Assembly: GCA_965204735.1 (NCBI GenBank) | Contig: OZ242008.1 | Coordinates: 928,001 to 992,000 of the forward strand | Reading direction: 5' to 3' | Length of the DNA stretch: 64,000 nucleotides | From: Longimicrobiales bacterium | GTDB lineage: Bacteria; Gemmatimonadota; Gemmatimonadetes; Longimicrobiales; Gaopeijiaceae | Shown: positions 57,457 through 64,000 of the stretch, one piece after another | Position numbering within the stretch: the first letter of the stretch is position 1 | Layout of the letters: each line of letters opens with the position of its first letter | Made by a program: the position numbers and the translations under genes | The notes under the pieces: model-generated | Databases searched by the model: none | The model's input: the letters and a program-made list of their open reading frames with translations, nothing else | Told to the model about the DNA's origin: nothing

Positions 57457-60400
57457 TCAAGTTGGATGGGGCGGCCGGGTGCGGGTGGTCGCCGGAGGGC
57501 GCCGGGCGCGGGCCAGCACTTCGGCCACATGGTGGGCTCGGCGCCCGGCGAGGGCCTGGATCTGGGCGCGGCAGCTGAAGCCGTTCGCCACGATCACGTC
57601 GTCGGGCCCGGCGGCCCTGACGGCCGGCAGCAGGCCGAGCTCGCCCATCGCGCGGGAGACCCGCGTGTGCTCGGCCTCGTAGCCGAACGACCCGGCCATT
57701 CCGCAGCAGCTGGCCGAAATCGGCGCCGCGCGAAGGCCGGCCAGAGAGGAAAGGACCTGGACCGTGGCGGCCTCCGACCCGGCAGCCTTCTGGTGGCAGT
57801 GGCCGTGGACGTGGGCCACCGGCCGTTCGGCTCCCGCGACGGTTCCCGGGCCTCGGCGCTCCACCTGGCCCGGGTCGCTCCGACGTTCCGCGTCGCCGAT
57901 CCGGGACGCCAGGAACTCGTCCAGAAGCTGCGACCTGCGGGCCACCAGCCGAGCGTCGGGTCCCGCGACCAAGTCGGGCGCCTCGTCCCGCAACGTCAGC
58001 ACGCACGACGGCTCGAGTCCCACGATCGGCAGGCCCCTCTTGGCCATGGGCGCCAGCACGGCGACCGTTCGGCGCAGCTCGGCCCGGGCCTCGTCGAGAA
58101 AGCCGCCGCTGATGTAGGTGCGAGCGCAGCACAAGGGTCGCGAGGCGTTTGGGCCCACGACGCGCCGCTCCGGCGCCACCGCCTGGAACCCGGTCGCCCG
58201 CAGCGCCTGGACGCCTGCTCGAACGACCTTCGGGTCGAAGTAGCGGTTGAACGTGTCCACAAAGAAGACGACGGGGGCGGAAGCCCCTTCCGCAGACCCC
58301 GTCGCCGTTGCGGCCCCGACGTCCGCGAAGCTCCGATGCGCTCTTGTCGGAGAATCCGTCGATCCCATCTCCGAGTCCAGGAACGGCTTCCGACTCCACT
58401 CCGGCAGCTTGGCGTCGGCGGCGACCCCCAGCGCCCGCGCTCCGACCCACGCCATCGCCCGGCTCCGGTTCCGCGCGTTGGCCAGCCGAGGGGCCACCTT
58501 CGCTGCCCGGGACGCGATCGGCGCCCACCGGGGCAACGTCGCGAAGAGCTTGGCCCGCGCCTGCAGCCGCGCCGACGCATGGCCTCCGCCGGGCCGGCGC
58601 AACCCGAGGCGCGCCGACATGCCGTCGTTCGTTCGGCCCTGGCGCCGCAGATGCAGCACCTCCGCCTTCATCCGCGCCATGTCCACTCCCGCCGGGCACT
58701 CCCGCCGGCACGCCTTGCAGCCGACGCAGAGCGCCAGGGCCTTCGCCACCTCGTCGCCGTGCAGCCCGTCGGGCCCCAGCTGCCCGGTCATGGCGAGGCG
58801 CAGGATGTTTGCCCGGCCCCGGGTCGTGTCCACTTCCTCCTGGGTCGCTCGGTAGGAAGGGCACATCACCCCCGGGTCCGACTTTCGACAGGCGCCGTTG
58901 TTGTTGCAGAGCTCGACGGCCCGGTCGAATCCGCCGCTGGACGACCAGTCCATCGCCAGCGGCAGCCGCCGGGCCCGATAGCGGGGACCGTAGCGAAGGA
59001 GCGATCGGTCGTCCATGCGCCAGGGCGACGCGATCTTCCCCGGGTTCATCATGCCCGCCGGGTCGAAGGCCCGCTTGACGTCCTGGAACGCCGCCGCCAG
59101 CCGCTTGCCCAGCACGGGCTCGATGAATTCGGAGCGCAAGATGCCGTCGCCGTGCTCGCCCGAGTGGGAGCCGCCCAGCCGCCGCACCACCTCGTGCACT
59201 TCCTCGGCCACGGCCCGCAGCGTCGCCACTCCCGCCGCCTCCTTCACGTTCAGGGACGGTCGGACGTGGAGGCAACCGACGGAGGCGTGCGCGTACCATG
59301 TGCCGCTGGCGCCGTGGCGCGCGAAGACCTCTTCGACCGCGGCGGCGTACTCGCGGAGCCGTTCCAGCGGAACTGCGCAGTCCTCCACGACGGAGACGGG
59401 CTTCGCGTCCCCCTTGACCGACAAGACCACGCCCAGCGCGGCGCGCCGGACGCTCCACACGGCGTCCTGCCGCGCCGGGTCTTCCACTCGGGAGACGCCA
59501 CGCCCGGCGCCGAGCCCGCGCACCACCTCCTCCAGCCCGTCCAGGGCAGCCGACAGCGCCCGCGCCTCGTCCCCCGCGAACTCGACCAGCAAGATCGAGC
59601 GGGCGGACGCGGGCGCCACCGCCTCCACCGTGGGCCGGAACGCGGCGTTCCCCCGGGCCAGGCGGAGGGGCGCGTCGTCCAGCAGCTCCACCGCGTGGGG
59701 CGCCAGCTCGACGAGCGGGGGCACGGCGTCGAGTGCGTCGGCCAGCGAGGGGAACCAGCACACGCCCAGCACCCGGCGGGCGGGCACGGGCGAGAGCTTG
59801 AGCTTGAGCGAGCGGAAGAACGCCAGGGTGCCCTCCGACCCGACCAGCAGCTCGGCCATCGACGCCCCGGGGCGCAGGAGGCGGTGAAGGTTGTAGCCGG
59901 CCACGTGACGCATCACCTTGGGCACCCGCCGCTCCAGCTCGTCGGCCTCCCGCCGCGCGATTCGAAGGACTTCGGCGCAGAGGTCGGCCGAGGGGTCGGC
60001 CGCCGTCGGACCGCGCCCCGCGAGGGCGGGGACGGGGCCGGCCGCTCTTCCTTGGGCCGTGGGCGCTTGCGCCGGCCCGAAGATGGCCACCCGACCGTCG
60101 GGCAGGGTGGCCTCCACCTCCAGCACGTTGTCGGCCATGATCCCGTAGCGGATCGAGCGCGCGCCGCCGCTGTTGTTGCCCGCCATGCCGCCCAGCGTGG
60201 CGCGGCTGGCCGTGGCCACGTCCACCGGGAAGGAGAGGCCGCTCGGCGCCAGCTGTCGGTTCAGGTGGTCCAGCACCAGCCCGGGCTCCACCGTGGCCGT
60301 GCGGGCGTCGGCGTCCACCTCCAGCACGCGCCGCAGGTGGCGCGAGGCGTCCACCACGACGGCGCGCCCCACCGTCTGCCCGCACTGGGACGTTCCCGCT

Positions 60401-60615
60401 CCCCGGGGCAGCACCGCCGCGCCCTCCTCGCGCGCCACGGCGATCGTCGCGTCCACGTCGTCCAGCGAGCGGGGCAGCACCACCCCCAGCGGCTCGACCT
60501 GGTAGATCGACGCGTCGGTCGCGTAGAGCCCCCGCGTCAGGGCGTCGAAGCGCACGTCGCCCGCCACGTGCTCGCGCAGGCGCGCGGCCAAGTGGTCAGT
60601 GCTTGTTCGGGCCAC
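57457..60615 (-). CDS. FAD-binding and Fe-S-binding oxidoreductase (GlcD/GlcF fusion, YdiJ-like)
   Basis: 'PRGAGTSQCGQ', 'GSEGTL', 'SGEHGDG', 'CNNNGAC', 'CVGCKACRRECP', CCG motifs. Confidence 0.92.
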   Translation of the reverse strand: MARTSTDHLAARLREHVAGDVRFDALTRGLYATDASIYQVEPLGVVLPRSLDDVDATIAVAREEGAAVLPRGAGTSQCGQTVGRAVVVDASRHLRRVLEVDADARTATVEPGLVLDHLNRQLAPSGLSFPVDVATASRATLGGMAGNNSGGARSIRYGIMADNVLEVEATLPDGRVAIFGPAQAPTAQGRAAGPVPALAGRGPTAADPSADLCAEVLRIARREADELERRVPKVMRHVAGYNLHRLLRPGASMAELLVGSEGTLAFFRSLKLKLSPVPARRVLGVCWFPSLADALDAVPPLVELAPHAVELLDDAPLRLARGNAAFRPTVEAVAPASARSILLVEFAGDEARALSAALDGLEEVVRGLGAGRGVSRVEDPARQDAVWSVRRAALGVVLSVKGDAKPVSVVEDCAVPLERLREYAAAVEEVFARHGASGTWYAHASVGCLHVRPSLNVKEAAGVATLRAVAEEVHEVVRRLGGSHSGEHGDGILRSEFIEPVLGKRLAAAFQDVKRAFDPAGMMNPGKIASPWRMDDRSLLRYGPRYRARRLPLAMDWSSSGGFDRAVELCNNNGACRKSDPGVMCPSYRATQEEVDTTRGRANILRLAMTGQLGPDGLHGDEVAKALALCVGCKACRRECPAGVDMARMKAEVLHLRRQGRTNDGMSARLGLRRPGGGHASARLQARAKLFATLPRWAPIASRAAKVAPRLANARNRSRAMAWVGARALGVAADAKLPEWSRKPFLDSEMGSTDSPTRAHRSFADVGAATATGSAEGASAPVVFFVDTFNRYFDPKVVRAGVQALRATGFQAVAPERRVVGPNASRPLCCARTYISGGFLDEARAELRRTVAVLAPMAKRGLPIVGLEPSCVLTLRDEAPDLVAGPDARLVARRSQLLDEFLASRIGDAERRSDPGQVERRGPGTVAGAERPVAHVHGHCHQKAAGSEAATVQVLSSLAGLRAAPISASCCGMAGSFGYEAEHTRVSRAMGELGLLPAVRAAGPDDVIVANGFSCRAQIQALAGRRAHHVAEVLARARRPPATTRTRPPHPT

Positions 60616-60692
60616 TAGATTTGCGCCGTCCTGGAACCTTGCACGCGGTCCGGCAACCTGTCCTGGAACCTGTGGTGGAGGAACGCATCAGA

Positions 60693-61772
60693 GTGGTGCG
60701 CAGCACGAGTGTGCGCCAGCAGGGAGCGACGGGCCGGCGGCCGCGGGGCCGAGTTCGCCGTCGCGCCGTTCTGCGTCGCACGACGCCGCAGAGCCTTCTT
60801 GCGCTGGCGGCCGCGACGGCGGCGACCGTCTGCGGGGGCGCTCCGGACGGCCCCATCGAGCTCAAGTTCGGCCATGTGGGCGAGCCGGGGTCGCTCTTCG
60901 CGCTCTCTGCCGAGGAGTTCGCGAAGCGAGCCAACGCCCGGCTGGCCGAGATCGGGGTCGAGGCCGAAGTGCTGGTCTTCGGGTCGAGCCAGCTGGGCGG
61001 AGACCAGGACCTGCTCGCCAAGCTCCCGTTCGGCACCGTGGACTTCGCGTTGCCGTCGTCGATCATGTCGACTCGGATCGACGAGTTCGGCCTCTTCGAG
61101 ATGCCCTACGTCGTCGAGGACCGGGAGCACATGCGGCGGATCGAAGAGGAGATCTTCTGGTCCGACCTGGCGCCCCTGGCGGAAGAGCAGGGACTCAAGA
61201 TCGTCGCGGTGTGGGAGAACGGCTTCCGGCACGTCACCAACCGCGCCCGCCCGATCGTCGTGCCGGCCGACCTGGAGGGGATCAAGCTGCGGACGCCGAT
61301 GGGCAAGTGGCGGCTGAGGCTCTTCCAGCGCTTCGGCGCGAACCCTTCGGCGATGGCGTTGTCGGAGGTGTTCATGGCGCTGCGGACGGGGAACATGGAC
61401 GGCCAGGAGAACCCGCTTGCCCAGATTTACGCATCCAACTTCCATCGGGTGCAGCCGTTCCTCTCTCTTACGGAACACGTCTACACGCCGGCGTACTTGA
61501 CCGTCTCCTCCCGTCGCTGGGACCGGCTTCCGGGGACGGTGCGGGCCGTCCTCGAGGAGGAGGCGAAGGCCGTTCAGGCGTTCGTGCACGAGACCGCCGA
61601 GCGGATGGACCGGGAGCTGCTGGACGAGATCAGCGAGGCGGGAGTCGCCGTCAACGAGGTGGACCGTTCGGCGTTCCTCGAGGGCAGCCGGGCGATCTAC
61701 GACGAGTTCGGCGCCGAGGTGGAGGCCGGCCGGGGCTTGATCGAAAGAGCGCGGCCGTTGGCGTTCCGGTAG
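60693..61772 (+). CDS. dctP: TRAP transporter substrate-binding protein
   Basis: 'SSQLGGD', 'WENGFRH', 'DLEGIKLR', 'DGQENP'. Start is uncertain. Confidence 0.9.
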   Translation: MVRSTSVRQQGATGRRPRGRVRRRAVLRRTTPQSLLALAAATAATVCGGAPDGPIELKFGHVGEPGSLFALSAEEFAKRANARLAEIGVEAEVLVFGSSQLGGDQDLLAKLPFGTVDFALPSSIMSTRIDEFGLFEMPYVVEDREHMRRIEEEIFWSDLAPLAEEQGLKIVAVWENGFRHVTNRARPIVVPADLEGIKLRTPMGKWRLRLFQRFGANPSAMALSEVFMALRTGNMDGQENPLAQIYASNFHRVQPFLSLTEHVYTPAYLTVSSRRWDRLPGTVRAVLEEEAKAVQAFVHETAERMDRELLDEISEAGVAVNEVDRSAFLEGSRAIYDEFGAEVEAGRGLIERARPLAFR

Positions 61773-61774
61773 CC

Positions 61775-62353
61775 GTGCGGCCGAGCGACGGGCCAGCGCT
61801 CTCTCGGCTCCGCAGGCTGTTGGAGAGAAGCCTGGAAGCGGCGGTGGCCGCCTTGGTGGCCGCCCTGGCGCTGGTGGTGATCGTCGGCGTCTCCTTCCGC
61901 CAAGCGGGAGCGGCTCTGCCGTGGTACGACGAGGTGGCGTCGGTCCTCCTGGCCTGGCTGACCTACTACGGCGCCGCGCTGGCCGCCTTGCGAAGAGGCC
62001 ACGTCGGCGTCCCGACGCTGGTCGAGCGAATGCGTCCGGCCCTCCGCATGTGGGCCGTCGCGGCGGCGGAGGCGGCGGTGCTGCTCTTCTTCGCCGTGCT
62101 GGCCTGGGCCGGATGGCAGGTCCAGGGCGCGCTGGCGGGCACGGCCATGGTCAGCCTTCCCAGCGTTCCCGCCGCAGTGGCGCGGTCGGCGGTCCCGATC
62201 GGCGCCGTTCTCTTCGTCGTCGCCCAGCTGGCGAGCCTGCCGCAAGCGCTCGGCGCCGTCCGAACGTCCGCGAAGGGCGCCCCTGCCGACCCGCCGCCGG
62301 CCCCCGGGCGCCCCGCATCCCGCCCGCCCGCCCCCGGCAGGGGCTGCCCATGA
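61775..62353 (+). CDS. dctQ: TRAP transporter small permease
   Basis: Four TM helices; 'LPWYDEVA..LLAWLTYYGAALA..RGHV'; lies between dctP and dctM. Confidence 0.88.
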   Translation: MRPSDGPALSRLRRLLERSLEAAVAALVAALALVVIVGVSFRQAGAALPWYDEVASVLLAWLTYYGAALAALRRGHVGVPTLVERMRPALRMWAVAAAEAAVLLFFAVLAWAGWQVQGALAGTAMVSLPSVPAAVARSAVPIGAVLFVVAQLASLPQALGAVRTSAKGAPADPPPAPGRPASRPPAPGRGCP

Positions 62354-63630
62354 CCCTGGCCTTGGTGGGCGTCTTCCTGCTGCTGGTCCTGATCAACGTG
62401 CCCATCGCGGTGGCGCTGGGGTTGATGGCGGTGGTCGGGATCGTCGCTTCCGGCGGCGTGGACGCCTTGCCCAACGTGGGGATCGTGATGTTCTCGGGCG
62501 CCACCAAGTTCCCGCTGATCGCGATTCCGCTCTTCGTCCTGGCGGGCGCGATCATGAACGTCTCGGGGATATCGCAGCGGCTGGTGGCGCTCGCCTCGGC
62601 GGTGGTGGGCTTCGTCCGCGGCGGATTGGCGATGGTGAGCATCTCCGCCTCAATGTTCTTCGCCGAGATATCGGGCAGCGCGGTGGCCGACGTGGCCGCC
62701 TTGGGCTCGATCCTCGTTCCGGCCATGCGCAAGAAGGGGTACTCCCGCAACTTCGCCGCCGCGGTCACCTCGTCGTCGGGGACGCTGGCGGTGATCATAC
62801 CGCCGTCGATCCCGATGATCCTCTACGCGGCCATGTCCAGCAGCTCCGTGGTCGAGCTCTTCGTGGCCGGGATCGTGCCCGGAGTCGCGGGCGGCCTCCT
62901 CATGATGTTCGTGGCCTACCTGTGGGCGCGCCGCGCCGGGCTGCCCGCCGAGGACGCGTTCCAGCTGCGTCGCGTGTGGCGGACGTTTCGCGGGGCGGGC
63001 TGGTCGCTCCTGCTGCCGGTCGTGATCCTGGGGGGAATCATGGGAGGGTGGGTCACCGCCACCGAGGGCGCGGGGCTGGCGGTGGCGGCCGCCCTCTTCG
63101 TGGGGGGCGTGGTCTACCGGGAGCTGGATTGGGCCGGGCTCCGGCAGGCGGTTCTGGACAGCGGCGTCCAGACCGCGGTGGTGATGCTGCTGGTGGCCGC
63201 GTCGGCGCTGCTGGGCGACTACCTGACGGAGGCGCGCATACCCCAGCAGGTGGCCGGCGCGATCATGGGGCTCACCGAGTCCAAGGTGGCCGTCTTGGCG
63301 CTGCTGAACGTCTTCCTGCTGGCGGCCGGCCTCTTCCTGCACTCGGCGGCGGCGATCATTCTGGTCGTGCCGATCGTCATGCCCTTGGTCCAAGCGGCGG
63401 GGATCGATCCGGTGCACTTCGGCCTGGTGGTGACGCTGAACCTGGGAATCGGCCAGCAGACGCCGCCGGTGGCTTCCGTGCTGGTCACGGCGTGCTCGGT
63501 GGCGAAGGCGGAGATCTGGGGGGTCACCAAGGCCAACCTGCCCTTCGTGGCCGTGCTGGTGGCGGTTCTTCTCCTGGTGACCTACGCGCCCGCCGTGCCG
63601 ATGGCGCTGGTGGAGGCGCTGTACCGATGA
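62350..63630 (+). CDS. dctM: TRAP transporter large permease
   Basis: 'AIPLFVLAG', 'ISGSAVAD', 'IIPPSIPMILY', 'GIDPVHFG', 'TPPV'; ATGA overlap. Confidence 0.93.
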   Translation: MTLALVGVFLLLVLINVPIAVALGLMAVVGIVASGGVDALPNVGIVMFSGATKFPLIAIPLFVLAGAIMNVSGISQRLVALASAVVGFVRGGLAMVSISASMFFAEISGSAVADVAALGSILVPAMRKKGYSRNFAAAVTSSSGTLAVIIPPSIPMILYAAMSSSSVVELFVAGIVPGVAGGLLMMFVAYLWARRAGLPAEDAFQLRRVWRTFRGAGWSLLLPVVILGGIMGGWVTATEGAGLAVAAALFVGGVVYRELDWAGLRQAVLDSGVQTAVVMLLVAASALLGDYLTEARIPQQVAGAIMGLTESKVAVLALLNVFLLAAGLFLHSAAAIILVVPIVMPLVQAAGIDPVHFGLVVTLNLGIGQQTPPVASVLVTACSVAKAEIWGVTKANLPFVAVLVAVLLLVTYAPAVPMALVEALYR

Positions 63631-64000
63631 GCGCCGGCGCCGGGCGCGGCGAGCAGGCGGGGACCGTCGGAGGCGCGGCGGCCGGTCTCGGACGGGCGGC
63701 GAGCGCCGGCGAGACGGTGGACGGCGTGGCCGTCGGGCGCGAGGACGGAATCGCCGTCGTGACGCTGGACCGTCCAGCCAAGATGAACGTGCTGGACCGG
63801 GACGGCTGGGAGCGTCTGGGCCGGGTGTTCGAAGGGCTCTCGGCCGACGGGTCCCTGCGCTGCGTGGTGGTGCGGGGCGCAGGGCGGCGGGCGTTTTCGG
63901 CCGGGTCCGACATCGGCTCCTTCGAGACCCAGCGGGACACGCGGGAGCAGGTGAGGCGCTACGCCGCCTCGGTGCGCCGGGGGACCGAGGGCGTCTGGGC
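63627..64000 (+). CDS. Enoyl-CoA hydratase/isomerase family protein (runs off the window end)
   Basis: ATGA overlap with dctM; translates 'GIAVVTLDRPAKMNVL...CVVVRGAGRRAFSAGSDI'. Confidence 0.85.
   Translation, partial: MSAGAGRGEQAGTVGGAAAGLGRAASAGETVDGVAVGREDGIAVVTLDRPAKMNVLDRDGWERLGRVFEGLSADGSLRCVVVRGAGRRAFSAGSDIGSFETQRDTREQVRRYAASVRRGTEGVW

Overview
High-GC bacterial window; the gene mix resembles Gemmatimonadota-type genomes, but taxonomy cannot be proven from sequence alone. The main discovery candidate is a four-gene, minus-strand defence island at about 5.1-18.4 kb. It encodes an SNF2 helicase with a C-terminal PD-(D/E)xK nuclease, a DUF1156 adenine methyltransferase and a DUF499 ATPase, which together form the known 'restriction-like' module. 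Between the last two sits a roughly 1,150-aa fusion of a Schlafen/AlbA_2 domain, an HATPase_c_4 domain and a full-length, apparently catalytically dead prokaryotic Argonaute. The island has a clean sigma70-like promoter, a decayed ISL3 transposase scar at one edge and a (CTAAC)n microsatellite at the other. A second notable locus (39.6-57.4 kb) is an expanded, recombining surface-modification repertoire. It holds three tandem GT-C glycosyltransferase paralogues with poly-G tracts that look phase-variable (one in frame, one out of frame), five tandem mosaic SGNH-family paralogues, a GT-C/SGNH chimera and a stranded fragment. The rest is ordinary metabolism and transport: BNR glycosidase-like protein, SDRs, hydantoinase, panB, M14 peptidase, amidase, EF-G paralogue, FAD/Fe-S oxidoreductase and a TRAP transporter. 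There is also an ImmA/IrrE gene with a dead DUF4411 partner, an orphan HIRAN gene and several gene-end tandem duplications. No tRNA, rRNA or CRISPR array was found. All family calls come from motif recognition by eye, not database searches.
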